A DNA stretch of 64,000 bases from an uncultured delta proteobacterium (GCA_963798485.1 CAWCTR010000023.1:64001-128000), one strand, 5' to 3'. Shown: positions 29,575 to 40,192, counted from the first letter of the stretch. Program-made: numbers and translations. Notes: generated by a model not told the origin, from the sequence alone.

Positions 29575-32500
29575 TCATTGTGGTGTCACTCCGCATCTCA
29601 TTTCGTATACACCATTAGCGGTATTTCCACTAGGCAACGTGGATATCATTCCATTTGTATAATCAGAAAAGTTGTATCCAGATGGTCCTGAACCATCAGA
29701 CATAACTCTTGCAAATAAAGCAGACCCTGCATAGTCACAAGTAAATGCAAATGTATAACTCTGGCCTCCAACAAGTATTCCAGGACTTGATCCTCCAGCT
29801 GCTTTTATAGAAGCTTGAGTCATATGGCCTTGCCATATGGGTGAACCTCCATTCGCAATCACTGCCACTTCTGAAGTTCCTTCGGCCACAAGCTTCCCGC
29901 CACTATATACACCTATTCTCATATTTACTGCATGGGTTTGATAGCAATATAAGGATAGTTCTTGTATAACCTGATTTCCTGATCCGGGGCATTTAAACAA
30001 GGCATTCCCTTTTAATCCCCATATGGTTGCGACAGACCCAACATCCCCGACATCATCTGTAGCGTTGGAAGTCTGTTGTCCGAAATAGGTTACTGTTCCA
30101 CTACCAACTATCTGTGTAAAACTTGCTGCTATGGTATGTTTAGCTTTAATATTATTAAAGGTGTATGAAGCTATTGGTGATATTGAGATCCCGTCGATCT
30201 TCACACTACTGATACTATATCCTGTGGATGGTGTTATAGTGAAAGTCTGAGATGATAAAGCCTTCACTAAGATAGAACCGGATGGAGAAATTGATCCTCC
30301 TGTTCCTGTACTGGAAGTAATTGTATAAGTTTTAAGGTTAAAGGCTGCAAGAACACTCACATTACTATTTATAACTGCTATACACTTAGTTGTTTGTGAG
30401 CCAGAACACCCTCCGGACCATCCGGCAAAAGTTGAATAAGTATCAGGGGTAGCTGTAAGAGTTACTGATGTTCCTGCGCTGAAAGTTGTTCCTGAAGGAT
30501 TAGTTGTAACTGTTCCTGTCCCATCCCCAGTCTTGGTGATGGTGAGCGTGTAGGTATTTGGTGACATAACAAAAGAAACTACCACAACGTGAGCAGCAGT
30601 TACGTTGGAAATCACATATGGATTGGCAATGGAGACAGATTGACCATTGTCGGTAATACTTCCAATAGAATAACCAGAATTAGGAGTAATGGTAATTGAG
30701 GCAGACTGTCCAGAAGTGATGTTCTGGGTCTGTGGGCTCACTGCCCCATTACTACCGGATACAGAAGCGCTCACATTAAAAGTCTGTATAAAACTTGCTG
30801 ATATGATATGATCAGCTTTAATATTATTGAAGGTGTATGAAGCTATTGGTGATATTGAGATCCCGTCAATCTTCACACTACTGATATTATATCCTGTGGA
30901 TGGTGTTATAGTGAAGGTCTGGGATGATAGTGCATTCACTGAGATAGAGCCGGATGGGGAAATTGATCCTCCTGTTCCCGCACTGGAAGTGATAGTATAA
31001 GTCATAAGATTAAAAGCTGCAGAAATACTTACATTATTATTCATAACCGCTACACACGTAGTTGTTTGTGATCCAGAACACCCTCCGGACCATCCGGCAA
31101 AAGTTGAATAAGTATCAGGGGTAGCTGTAAGAGTTACTGATGTTCCTGCGCTGAAAGTTGTTCCAGCAGGGCTGGTTGTAACCGTTCCTGTCCCATTCCC
31201 CGTCTTAGTAATGGTAAGCGTGTAAGTATTTAATGGTACAAAAGTCACCACCACAACGTGAGCAGCAGTTACGTTGGAAATCACATAAGGATTGGCAATG
31301 GAGACAGATTGACCATTGTCGGTAATACTTCCAATAGAATAACCAGTATCAGGAGTAATGGTAATCGAGGCAGACTGTCCTAAGGCAATGTTCTGTGTCT
31401 GTGGGCTCACTGACCCATTACTGCCGGATACAGAAGCGCTTACATTAAAAGTATTCGTCGTCCCGGTCACACCGGGGGCGCCAAGTCCTTTACTCGCATC
31501 ATCCAGTACAAGCACGGTAACCGCAGAAGGGCTAAAAGACATCGTTCCTGTTGTTGCATACGTTCCTATCAGAATCGATGAGTTATCAGCAGGATTCCAA
31601 GACCAGACGTTCGCATATGAACCGCTTACTTTTGACATATCAACCGTGACTTGATCTGTATTAGGACACCATACCATGACCGTTTCACCAGTGCTCTCTC
31701 GTGCCGTTGCATGATAATGCTCCTCAGTATTTTTATTTGAAGTCACTACCACATTTGTATAATCAGGTATAAAAGACCACCATTGGCGAGACCTCAGCAA
31801 TTTTCCTATGTTTCCCTGGGACACTGCTCCAGAGGCGTTCATAGCATCTTTCCATGAATCATACGGTGCTGAAGTGGAATTACAATATAGGGATACCTGG
31901 GCCCCAAAACTCCACAAAGGACAACACCCGTATACGGCACCAACAAGGCCACCACCTAATATGGTTACAAGTGTTTGAGAATCCCACTGAACAAGTGTAC
32001 TTCCATGTTCATTTTCATAATGTCCCTCTTGAAACATGAATGGGCGTGCATTTCCATATGCTATTTGCGCCTTTGATGCCTGAAAACCATAGGTATAGAG
32101 ACTATTAATATCAACCAATGTAGTGCACGAATCTATCCCGCCTATCTGTTCATAAAGTGGTTCGCAAGAAAAGAATGCATCCGGATCACCCGCCTTTATA
32201 CCTGAAACGAGGGCCTCTTCTCTTGCTTGAACATTAGGGTAACTTGAAGGGTCAGCATCACCAGCAGCCATCCAGATAATGTTGCCATAATCTTTATATC
32301 TATTCCCGATCCACGTTCCATAACTGGTCATGGCTTCATCTGTTTGCGCCTGCATATCAGAACACCAACCATCATAACCACACCCCCAACCTAAATAGGC
32401 GGGAAACATAAGAACGGCCATATTGCGGGCCTTTGCCGCTGCCACAAAAAAATCCACATTAGTCCAATAAGCCTCATTCCTCACAGACCAATCCCCGGAA

Positions 32501-32838
32501 CCATTCGTAAAGGGGGCTTGTCCATAATAATTGTCGGGCGCGTTAGATTGGTCATATTTACTTATAGCCATGAATTCAACCGCAGTGAATCCCTTGGCAG
32601 CCCTATCATCAAGATAGGTTATTACATCTTCCTGACTGATTTGCACTGCTGCAAGCCAGCCGGCATCAGCAGTCAACAAAAATGGCACACTTGATTGATC
32701 CTCAAGATATCTCCCTTTTGTATTAATCCGGAGAGGCCAATTGACCGCCGCTCCGACATCGACGGCCATGAAAAAAATGACGGTCGTTAAGCAGACTATT
32801 ATTAGTTGTTTCATATAACCGCTATACTTTTCCGCCAT
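29575..32838 (-). CDS. Large secreted protein: DUF4038/apiosidase-like catalytic domain + putative collagen-binding-type domain + six ~75-aa InlB-B/bacterial repeats + unknown C-terminal domain
   Basis: Signal peptide; GRYLED...PFLLTADAGW, YLDDRAAKGFTAV, EGHYENE; T/S-rich repeats with FAGWSGGC; SD AGGGAGG before ATG 32838; visibly AT-rich. Confidence 0.8.
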   Translation of the reverse strand: MAEKYSGYMKQLIIVCLTTVIFFMAVDVGAAVNWPLRINTKGRYLEDQSSVPFLLTADAGWLAAVQISQEDVITYLDDRAAKGFTAVEFMAISKYDQSNAPDNYYGQAPFTNGSGDWSVRNEAYWTNVDFFVAAAKARNMAVLMFPAYLGWGCGYDGWCSDMQAQTDEAMTSYGTWIGNRYKDYGNIIWMAAGDADPSSYPNVQAREEALVSGIKAGDPDAFFSCEPLYEQIGGIDSCTTLVDINSLYTYGFQASKAQIAYGNARPFMFQEGHYENEHGSTLVQWDSQTLVTILGGGLVGAVYGCCPLWSFGAQVSLYCNSTSAPYDSWKDAMNASGAVSQGNIGKLLRSRQWWSFIPDYTNVVVTSNKNTEEHYHATARESTGETVMVWCPNTDQVTVDMSKVSGSYANVWSWNPADNSSILIGTYATTGTMSFSPSAVTVLVLDDASKGLGAPGVTGTTNTFNVSASVSGSNGSVSPQTQNIALGQSASITITPDTGYSIGSITDNGQSVSIANPYVISNVTAAHVVVVTFVPLNTYTLTITKTGNGTGTVTTSPAGTTFSAGTSVTLTATPDTYSTFAGWSGGCSGSQTTTCVAVMNNNVSISAAFNLMTYTITSSAGTGGSISPSGSISVNALSSQTFTITPSTGYNISSVKIDGISISPIASYTFNNIKADHIISASFIQTFNVSASVSGSNGAVSPQTQNITSGQSASITITPNSGYSIGSITDNGQSVSIANPYVISNVTAAHVVVVSFVMSPNTYTLTITKTGDGTGTVTTNPSGTTFSAGTSVTLTATPDTYSTFAGWSGGCSGSQTTKCIAVINSNVSVLAAFNLKTYTITSSTGTGGSISPSGSILVKALSSQTFTITPSTGYSISSVKIDGISISPIASYTFNNIKAKHTIAASFTQIVGSGTVTYFGQQTSNATDDVGDVGSVATIWGLKGNALFKCPGSGNQVIQELSLYCYQTHAVNMRIGVYSGGKLVAEGTSEVAVIANGGSPIWQGHMTQASIKAAGGSSPGILVGGQSYTFAFTCDYAGSALFARVMSDGSGPSGYNFSDYTNGMISTLPSGNTANGVYEMRCGVTPQ
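30112..31452 (-). repeat. Tandem intragenic duplication, ~669 bp x2 (31452-30784 and 30783-30112)
   Basis: The TFNVSASVSGSNG...SASFIQ/AASFTQ block occurs twice, with long stretches identical at DNA level. Confidence 0.92.
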
Positions 32839-32852
32839 CTGATACCTCCCTT

Positions 32853-32871
32853 TAATCTCGTTTGGGTTAAT
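32853..32871. repeat. 19-bp motif, copy 2 (TAATCTCGTTTGGGTTAAT)
   Basis: Direct repeat of 27944-27963. Confidence 0.75.
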
Positions 32872-33261
32872 TCCTCGCGGCTTGGTGCGGAGATATTCAT
32901 TTTCCAATTTTTTTTAGCTTAAGCTCCCGGCTTTACTAAGATGACAAGCAATGATTAAGCAGCCAGTGAATATTGTTTTATTTCAATATGTTGAAAAAAT
33001 CAAAGTGTGTAGTAATTGAACTAGACATGTTAGGTCAACATTATAAGACACAAGATTAGAAAATCAAGGTTCATGGTTTATAGTTATCATCTACAATTCT
33101 CTTGATGCAATATTGATATCAAGTTAGATTACACTGAGAATAAATCCAATCGAAAAACGAACATCATCTTAAAGAAAGGAATGTGAGGGGCCAAGGTCAT
33201 CAAAGTGATATGATTTTGTGCATCTGACAAAAGATCTCCAAGTTTCTCTAAACTGGATTTA

Positions 33262-33301
33262 ATGACAAACACTTTTGGCAGATGACAAACACAAGTGGCA
33301 A
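33262..33301 (+). promoter_or_regulatory. Tandem 20-bp operator-like repeat upstream of ssb
   Basis: ATGACAAACACtttTGGCAg / ATGACAAACACaagTGGCAa; each unit contains the imperfect palindrome TGACA-N8-TGGCA. Confidence 0.5.
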
Positions 33302-33321
33302 TTCTCAAAAGGAGGTTTTCA

Positions 33322-33750
33322 ATGGCAGGTTCGATTAACAAGGTTATCTTGATCGGCAGGCTCGGAAGGGACCCGGAGATGAGGTTTACCCCGAGCGGCA
33401 AGGCTGTTACGAATTTCACGCTGGCAACGAATGAAAACTGGACAGACCAGAGCGGGGAAAAGCAGGAACGCACCGAGTGGCACCGCATCGTCACATGGGG
33501 AAAGCTGGCTGAGAACTGCGCCAAGCTGCTGGCCAAGGGCAAACAGGTATACGTTGAGGGCAGGATCCAGACGCGGTCGTGGGACGACAAAGACGGGAAC
33601 AAGCGCTATACTACCGAGGTCGTTGCCAATATCATGCAGATGCTGGGACCCATGGAAAGTGGAAGCAAGGGTATGGGCGATGAAGGCGCGGATCTTGGAC
33701 CCGGCGAGGGCATACCGGGTTCTCCTGAGTTTGATGACGTGCCGTTCTGA
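33322..33750 (+). CDS. ssb: Single-stranded DNA-binding protein
   Basis: [20 protein letters not shown], acidic tail DDVPF; SD AAGGAGG. Confidence 0.97.
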   Translation: MAGSINKVILIGRLGRDPEMRFTPSGKAVTNFTLATNENWTDQSGEKQERTEWHRIVTWGKLAENCAKLLAKGKQVYVEGRIQTRSWDDKDGNKRYTTEVVANIMQMLGPMESGSKGMGDEGADLGPGEGIPGSPEFDDVPF

Positions 33751-33778
33751 AATAAAATAGGTATACTATCACATACTA

Positions 33779-33817
33779 CCCCCTCTCCCCGGCCCTCTCC
33801 CGCCGGGGGAGAGGGGG
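33779..33817. repeat. REP-like palindrome / hairpin between convergent genes
   Basis: CCCCCTCTCCCCGGCCCTCTCCCGCCGGGGGAGAGGGGG, the CCCTCTCCC...GGGAGAGGG type of interspersed palindrome. Confidence 0.7.
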
Positions 33818-33868
33818 AAAAATTCTGAGTGGGAAGGGTTGTCTGCTACCTTCAGGCCTTTTATGTGA

Positions 33869-35032
33869 CTACAGGCCTAGGCTGTTCCTGACTGCCTTTT
33901 TAATCCCCGGGGCAGCTGCCTTGATGATTGCCTCGTCCACACAGTAGGTGAATCGCACATATCCGGGCCAGCCGAATCCCCTGCCGGGGACCGCCAGGAC
34001 ACATTCATTGACCAGGGCGTTGCAGAAGGCCAGATCGTCTTTGACAGGCGATTTCACAAAGAGGTAGAAGGCCCCTTCAGGCGGTGCATAGCTAAGGCCG
34101 GCATCGTCAAAGATTGCCTTCATCACATCACGCCGTTTTCGGTAGATCTCCACATCCACCCTCTCGTTCAGGCACCCGGCAAGGACTTTCTGCATAAGAG
34201 CCGGGGCATTGACGAAACCGAGGATGCGGGTGGCAAGGATCATGGCGCCGATGACCTCTTTCTTCTGTTCAAGACGTGGGCTTACAGCGATATAGCCGAT
34301 TCGCTCCCCTGCCAGCGAAAGCTCCTTGGATGCAGAGGTGACAACAACGGAATTGGGGATGTGCTTGAGCACCGATGGCACGTGGCGGTTGTCGTACACG
34401 ATGGCCCGGTATGGCTCGTCAGAGATGACAACTACACCGGGGTGTTCCTTAAGCAGCCTTCCCATTGCCGCAAGGATGCCCTCAGGATAGACCCTGCCTG
34501 TGGGGTTATTGGGGGTATTTATGATGATGGCCTTGGTCCGCCCTGTGATCTTTTCTGCGATCTTTTCCACATCGGGCAGGAACTGCTCGTCGCACTGGGC
34601 GACTACAAGCTTGCCGCCGTGGTTATCGGCGTAGAAACCGTACTCTACAAAGTAAGGTGCAAGGGCAATCACCTCGTCTCCGGGGTCGAGAATGGCCTTT
34701 AAGGCCACATTCAGACCTCCGCCGGCACCGCAGGACATGATGATGTCATCGGCCGTCAGCGGCGCTTCATATATCCCGGACAGATGAGCGGCTATACTTG
34801 AGCGTACATCCTCGTAACCTGCATTGGCCATATAGCCATGGAACATGGTGCCGGTCAGCGCCGCCATGCGCTCAAGGGCCTTGGCAGGCGGCGGCACATC
34901 GGGGTTACCCAGGCTGAAGTCAAAGACGTTGTGCGGCCCGTGAATGGACTTGAGACGAGCGCCTTCCTCGAACATCTTCCGGATCCACGAGGCCTTTTCC
35001 ATGAACGCAATCATCTTCGCTGAAGCCGGCAT
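33869..35032 (-). CDS. PLP-dependent aminotransferase class I/II (aspartate aminotransferase-like)
   Basis: FSLGNP, NTPNNPTG, SDEPY, SASKELSLAGERIG. Confidence 0.93.
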   Translation of the reverse strand: MPASAKMIAFMEKASWIRKMFEEGARLKSIHGPHNVFDFSLGNPDVPPPAKALERMAALTGTMFHGYMANAGYEDVRSSIAAHLSGIYEAPLTADDIIMSCGAGGGLNVALKAILDPGDEVIALAPYFVEYGFYADNHGGKLVVAQCDEQFLPDVEKIAEKITGRTKAIIINTPNNPTGRVYPEGILAAMGRLLKEHPGVVVISDEPYRAIVYDNRHVPSVLKHIPNSVVVTSASKELSLAGERIGYIAVSPRLEQKKEVIGAMILATRILGFVNAPALMQKVLAGCLNERVDVEIYRKRRDVMKAIFDDAGLSYAPPEGAFYLFVKSPVKDDLAFCNALVNECVLAVPGRGFGWPGYVRFTYCVDEAIIKAAAPGIKKAVRNSLGL

Positions 35033-35262
35033 AGCTACCTCCTATAAGACAACTAAAAAAAGATGATAGCAATCATCAGCTTGAAAGTACAGGTGAAACA
35101 GCAGTTTTAAGAAGAGGTGAGCAGCGTTGGGCGGCAATGGGGTGGTGTATGTTTTTGTATCTTGTAGGCCTTGGGAAGTGATGCTATCGTAAGCCCGCAT
35201 AACTTAGTACCGGCTTAGCCCCAATCACTATCTCTAATAGAGCGTGAAAGGATCTTTGTATT

Positions 35263-37137
35263 ATGACAGAGAGAATTAAATCACCGCTGATCATCAATAT
35301 ACTGCTGGGTGTGATGATCTTTGCCTTGTACTTCAATATATTCGAAAACAGCCCAACCAACTGGGACGATCCCGCCCTTTTTAAAAGCCCATTATTCCAT
35401 AGCGTTACTATGGATAACATAAAGACGATACTTTCGTACCAAAGCGGGGGCACCTACCAGCCCGTTAGGGATCTGAGCTATATGATCGACTTCAGCCTGT
35501 GGGGTGGTGCTAAGGTGGTTTTTGGAATGCATATCCAGAGCCTCCTCCTCTACATCCTCATGGTGATTGGATGTTATGCCTTCATGAGGGAACTCTTGAA
35601 GGCCTTTCACGATGATGCCGAGGAGTGTTACGTCTGGGCTGTTCTCACCTCAGTTATCTTTGCCGTCCATCCAGTGCATGTGGAGAGCGTGACATGGCTT
35701 TATGCAAGAAAGGAGCCCCTGCTGGGCATCTTCACCTTCCTATCCCTGTGGGCCTTCATCAAGGCCAGAGTTGCATCCTGGAAATATTATCTTGTGAGCG
35801 CCATTGCACTATTGCTTGCCATCCTTTCCAAACCCACGGCGCTTGTCATCCCGGGCATCATGTTCATGCTCGATATCGCCCTGCAGGTGAGATTAAAAGA
35901 ACCTTCATTCTGGAAGAGGCGACTGGCCCTGTATATCCCCATCCTTGTCGTGGTGTCTCCTATGATAGTGCGGCTTGTTACCATGATGTCCACTACCGGG
36001 GGTATCAAGCCCTACCACGGTGGAAGTTTTGCCACGAACCTGCTGGCAGTATCGCAGATCTTTATCAGCTACATCAAGCTCATAGGCTTTACCATCAATT
36101 ATTCGGCAGACTATCCCATACCTCTGTACTCTGACCCGCACACCTGGCAGCCTTGGTTCTTTCTCGCTCTCAATGTGCTGCTCATGGGCAGTGCGGTATT
36201 GGCCTTTATCAAAAAAAGATACCTCTACAGCTTTTTTGTTGCCTGGTATTATATCTTTCTCTTTCCGGTATCCCATATTTTCCCCATCTCCCAGACCATG
36301 ACCGACCGTTATGCCCTGCTGCCATCCCTGAGCTGGTGCGTGCTGCTCGGCTATCTGGCCACAAAACTCTGGCATTTAAGGCTCAAGCAAGGGTTCCTTT
36401 CTCGCCAGTTCCCTATGGCACTTGCCATTGGCCTATTTTGCTTTGTGACCCTCTTTTATTCATACATGACCTTCCTGCAGAATGGTATCTGGAAGAACAG
36501 CCAGACATTGTGGGAAGATACCCTGGCCAAGTATCCGACATCAAGCCCGGCAAATGTCAACCTTGCAGCCATCTATGTCAGCCAGGGGCGGTACCAGGAG
36601 GTCCAGCAGCTCTGTCTCACCGCTATAAAGGCCTTGCCGTATGATTACCTTGCCATCAGCAACCTGGCGCTTGCCCAGATGATGATGAAGCAGTATGACA
36701 ATGCCATTAACAATTATAAGCAGGCCCTTAAGCTCAAGCCCGAACTCGTGGAAGCCCGAATGGGACTTGCATATGCATATTCAGAGAAAGGAGATCATGT
36801 AAACGCTTATAAAGTGTATGCCGAGCTCTTTCAGGATCATATCGGGGGATCGCCGGGTTATAGAACAAAGGCTTACTATCAGTTCGGGTACGCTGCATGG
36901 AAGCTCGGCAAGAAGGACGAGGCCTATCGCTACCTGGCAATTGCCGAGCCGGGGATGCGCCAGAATAAGTTCCTCCTAAGTGACCTGGCAGGGCTCTACA
37001 CGAGCATGATGGATATGAACAAGGCTTATGAGCTGTACTCAGCGCTGTACCCCATGCTTGAAAAGGGTGATGCAAAGGATAAACTCTTAATACTTCTGAG
37101 GGCGTTCGAGAAGAGGATAAAGCAGCCTAAGGGGTAA
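35263..37137 (+). CDS. TMTC-like GT-C membrane glycosyltransferase with C-terminal TPRs
   Basis: WDD loop, YQPVRDLSY, FAVHPVHVESVTW, DRYALLPS, many TM helices, TPR repeats. Confidence 0.82.
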   Translation: MTERIKSPLIINILLGVMIFALYFNIFENSPTNWDDPALFKSPLFHSVTMDNIKTILSYQSGGTYQPVRDLSYMIDFSLWGGAKVVFGMHIQSLLLYILMVIGCYAFMRELLKAFHDDAEECYVWAVLTSVIFAVHPVHVESVTWLYARKEPLLGIFTFLSLWAFIKARVASWKYYLVSAIALLLAILSKPTALVIPGIMFMLDIALQVRLKEPSFWKRRLALYIPILVVVSPMIVRLVTMMSTTGGIKPYHGGSFATNLLAVSQIFISYIKLIGFTINYSADYPIPLYSDPHTWQPWFFLALNVLLMGSAVLAFIKKRYLYSFFVAWYYIFLFPVSHIFPISQTMTDRYALLPSLSWCVLLGYLATKLWHLRLKQGFLSRQFPMALAIGLFCFVTLFYSYMTFLQNGIWKNSQTLWEDTLAKYPTSSPANVNLAAIYVSQGRYQEVQQLCLTAIKALPYDYLAISNLALAQMMMKQYDNAINNYKQALKLKPELVEARMGLAYAYSEKGDHVNAYKVYAELFQDHIGGSPGYRTKAYYQFGYAAWKLGKKDEAYRYLAIAEPGMRQNKFLLSDLAGLYTSMMDMNKAYELYSALYPMLEKGDAKDKLLILLRAFEKRIKQPKG

Positions 37138-37138
37138 A

Positions 37139-38698
37139 TTATTCGAATCTTCTTTTGGGCGAAACCATGAGCAGCGCATAGGTGTTCTCCGCCCGATAAG
37201 AATCCACCAGCACTGAGTGCATACGTCCTTTAAGGCCCTCGATCAGACCTGCAAGATCAGATGTGCTGGCAGCGAGGAAAGCAGTTTCATTCAAGGGCAC
37301 GACATTCCTGTTTACAATCATGGGGCTGGCATCCACGGCGCTCATATATCCGCGCATGACAAGGTCGTCTTCATACACGATCAAGGGTGTATTTTTAGCT
37401 ATGCCCCCCATGTAGGACATCTTCTGGTCCCATTGGCTTTCGGGGCTCAGAAAGGCCATATACCAGACTATCGAGACAACGGCGAACAGGGCGACGATGA
37501 ACTGGGCGGTCATCTTGTGCTTAAAGGTTAAGATGATAAAGAGTATGGCCGCTGTGACGAAACCTGCGCCGACAATGAGCTGCTTTGTGTTTATGGCAAA
37601 CCCCAAATACACAGGAAGCAGCAGAAGCACAAGCGCACAGAGAAAAACGCTGAACCCGGCCAGCGCCATCATCCAGTAGCCCAGACGCCCTTTTTGTACC
37701 CCCGGGAATAGTGCGCGCGAGATCCAGAGCCCGATTAAAGGCGAAGCAAAGATTGCAAGGATCGTGGCGTACTGGTTCAATCCGGAAGATGAGCTCCAGA
37801 GCATGAGGACTATCAGCACAATAGCAATCCTGACAGGCAGCAAGGTCCGCCAGGCATCCTGGTCTGATGGCCCGCCGCCATAAACCCAAGCCGGGATAAC
37901 AAGGAATATCCAGGGGGATGAATAGGTGATGACCGCGTACATTCCTCTAAACAAGCCGATATGCCCACCCGGGGAAAAGGACCCGCTTGAAAAGCCCGGC
38001 CCCAGTATGATCCTGTATGAGGTAAAATATGCTGCCATCGCACATGCTATAATCACCAGGCCGGGGATAATATGGATGGAAAAGAACTGTGATGGCGCAA
38101 GGTCGAGCAGGATGAGAGAGAGCGTTCCAAGGAGAAAGAACACGAGCATGAAGTAGCCCCCAGTGAGAGTGGCCAAACCGGCCAGCATGTAAGACAAGAT
38201 ATACAGTCCGGAATTGAGCCTCTTAATGTAGGTCAGTGAAAAGAGGCCAAAGGCAGATACGACAAGGGCTACGGGCAGAGCCATGAGGTTGAGCGTGCCG
38301 AACAGGGCTAAAAAACCAAGGCTTGTCATGGCGAGGAAGGATGAGGCAATGGCGCAAGAAAGGTCGAACAGGGCAAGGCTGTAAAGAAAGATGCACGATA
38401 TAAGGACGCAGCCCAATATACAAGACACCAGTCTCGGTGTGGAGATGTCAATGACAGGAAGAAATGACATGGCCGTTAAGGTCAAGGGATTTTGGCCCAG
38501 GACGGATTCGGCGTTGAGCACAGGCACATAGCTTTGCTGATCCTGCATCTCGCTTATGATCTGGAAAAGCCACACCTCTGAGTCTCTTGGCGGTGTGAAC
38601 AGGCCGAGCGGCAGGAGCAGGGCAAGACATGCCGCAAGAATGACGAGAAGAGATGCGGCGGATTTCAGTGATTCCACAGGGTTTGGCCTCCCAATCAT
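37139..38698 (-). CDS. ArnT/PMT-like (GT-C) polytopic membrane protein, divergent
   Basis: N-terminal DSE......EM.....VPVLN....NPL pattern and ~12 hydrophobic segments. Confidence 0.6.
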   Translation of the reverse strand: MIGRPNPVESLKSAASLLVILAACLALLLPLGLFTPPRDSEVWLFQIISEMQDQQSYVPVLNAESVLGQNPLTLTAMSFLPVIDISTPRLVSCILGCVLISCIFLYSLALFDLSCAIASSFLAMTSLGFLALFGTLNLMALPVALVVSAFGLFSLTYIKRLNSGLYILSYMLAGLATLTGGYFMLVFFLLGTLSLILLDLAPSQFFSIHIIPGLVIIACAMAAYFTSYRIILGPGFSSGSFSPGGHIGLFRGMYAVITYSSPWIFLVIPAWVYGGGPSDQDAWRTLLPVRIAIVLIVLMLWSSSSGLNQYATILAIFASPLIGLWISRALFPGVQKGRLGYWMMALAGFSVFLCALVLLLLPVYLGFAINTKQLIVGAGFVTAAILFIILTFKHKMTAQFIVALFAVVSIVWYMAFLSPESQWDQKMSYMGGIAKNTPLIVYEDDLVMRGYMSAVDASPMIVNRNVVPLNETAFLAASTSDLAGLIEGLKGRMHSVLVDSYRAENTYALLMVSPKRRFE

Positions 38699-38760
38699 TA
38701 AAAGGGATTACATGATGCGCCTCGAAGGTGTCAAGACTGGAGATGACTTATTTGTAAGAG

Positions 38761-38789
38761 TTGACATCTTAAAGCGCTGACCGTAGAAT
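38761..38789 (+). promoter_or_regulatory. sigma70 promoter of rph-rdgB
   Basis: TTGACA-N17-TAGAAT. Confidence 0.75.
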
Positions 38790-38819
38790 TGGCCTCCAGA
38801 AAGGGTAGGAAGGGCTTAT

Positions 38820-39596
38820 ATGGCATCAATTGAGGAATTGTTGAAAGATAAGGGCATTATTCGGCCCAAGGCATTGCGCCGCAGTGATAACCGGGCCCCT
38901 GATGAGATCAGGCAGGCAAAGATAACCAGGGGTTATTGCAAACATGCAATGGGTTCGTGTCTCATCGAGATCGGTGACACAAAGGTGATATGCGCTGCCA
39001 GTGTCGAGAACAAGGTCCCCCCGCACCTGAAAAATACCGGGTCCGGGTGGGTTACGGCCGAATACGGGATGCTTCCGGCATCCACGAATGTCCGGACCAT
39101 ACGGGAATCTTCACGGGGGAGGACCAAAGGAAGAACCCATGAGATCCAGCGGCTCATCGGGCGCTCGCTCAGGGCTGCGACCTCGCTTACCGAACTTGGT
39201 GAACGGACAATCTGGATCGACTGCGATGTGCTTCAGGCAGACGGAGGGACCCGTACTGCAGCCATTACGGGCTCATATGTTGCGCTCCATGAAGCCGTCA
39301 AATCCATGCTCGTCCATCAGCTTATAGTCAAGAACCCGCTGCTGGAACAGGTCGCCGCAATATCGGTGGGCATTATCGACGATCAGCTGTTTCTCGATTT
39401 GAGCTACGAGGAAGACTCGAGCGCTGCCGTGGACATGAATGTGGTCATGACCAAGACCGGGAAGATCATCGAGGTACAGGGAACAGCCGAAAAGGCCCCT
39501 TTCACGCTGGAGCAGATGATGATGCTCATCCATCTCGCCAAGAAGGGAATCGATGAGCTTATACTGAAGCAGGCCCAAGTCCTCGGAATACCATGA
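38820..39596 (+). CDS. rph: Ribonuclease PH
   Basis: [39 protein letters not shown]. Confidence 0.97.
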   Translation: MASIEELLKDKGIIRPKALRRSDNRAPDEIRQAKITRGYCKHAMGSCLIEIGDTKVICAASVENKVPPHLKNTGSGWVTAEYGMLPASTNVRTIRESSRGRTKGRTHEIQRLIGRSLRAATSLTELGERTIWIDCDVLQADGGTRTAAITGSYVALHEAVKSMLVHQLIVKNPLLEQVAAISVGIIDDQLFLDLSYEEDSSAAVDMNVVMTKTGKIIEVQGTAEKAPFTLEQMMMLIHLAKKGIDELILKQAQVLGIP

Positions 39597-40192
39597 AGGT
39601 CCTGGTGGCCACCGCGAACAGGGGAAAGATCAGCGAAATCACTCAGATTCTCTCCGGCACAGGCATCAGCATTCTTACCCCGCATGAAGCAGGGCTGCTG
39701 CTTGATGTTGAGGAGAACGGCGTTACCTTTGAGGCCAATGCAGTAATAAAGGCCCATGCCTGGCGCAGATACAGCGGATATCCGACCCTGGCCGATGATT
39801 CGGGCCTATGCGTGGATGCCCTTGGGGGCAGGCCCGGCGTCCATACGGCCAGGTTTGCAGGTGATGGCGCCACGGATCGGGAGAATTACGAGATGCTGCT
39901 CAAGCTCATGGAAGGGGTCACTGACAGGCAGGCCCATTTCATGTGTGTTGTGGCCCTTGCCATCTCCGATGACATGGTGATTACCGCTTTTGGCCGGTGC
40001 GATGGTGTCATTTTACACGGGCCCATAGGTGAGGGCGGGTTCGGTTATGACCCTGTCTTTTTTGATCCTGAGACCGGGAAGAGCTTTGCCCAGTTGACGG
40101 ACAACGAAAAAAACACACGCAGCCACAGGGGCCGGGCCCTCATATCCTTGAAGCAGAAGCTTGAGGAACAGGGTATCATAGGGCATAAGTAA
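39593..40192 (+). CDS. rdgB: Non-canonical purine NTP pyrophosphatase RdgB/HAM1
   Basis: [27 protein letters not shown]. Confidence 0.95.
   Translation: MKVLVATANRGKISEITQILSGTGISILTPHEAGLLLDVEENGVTFEANAVIKAHAWRRYSGYPTLADDSGLCVDALGGRPGVHTARFAGDGATDRENYEMLLKLMEGVTDRQAHFMCVVALAISDDMVITAFGRCDGVILHGPIGEGGFGYDPVFFDPETGKSFAQLTDNEKNTRSHRGRALISLKQKLEEQGIIGHK

Noticed and set aside
30112-31452. CRISPR-like or non-coding repeat array
   Set aside because: The repeats are in-frame protein domains; no spacer-repeat structure or cas genes anywhere in the window.
32945-32995. sigma54 promoter for the DUF4038 gene
   Set aside because: An IHF-like site and TTGC are present, but the -24 GG is not at the required spacing.
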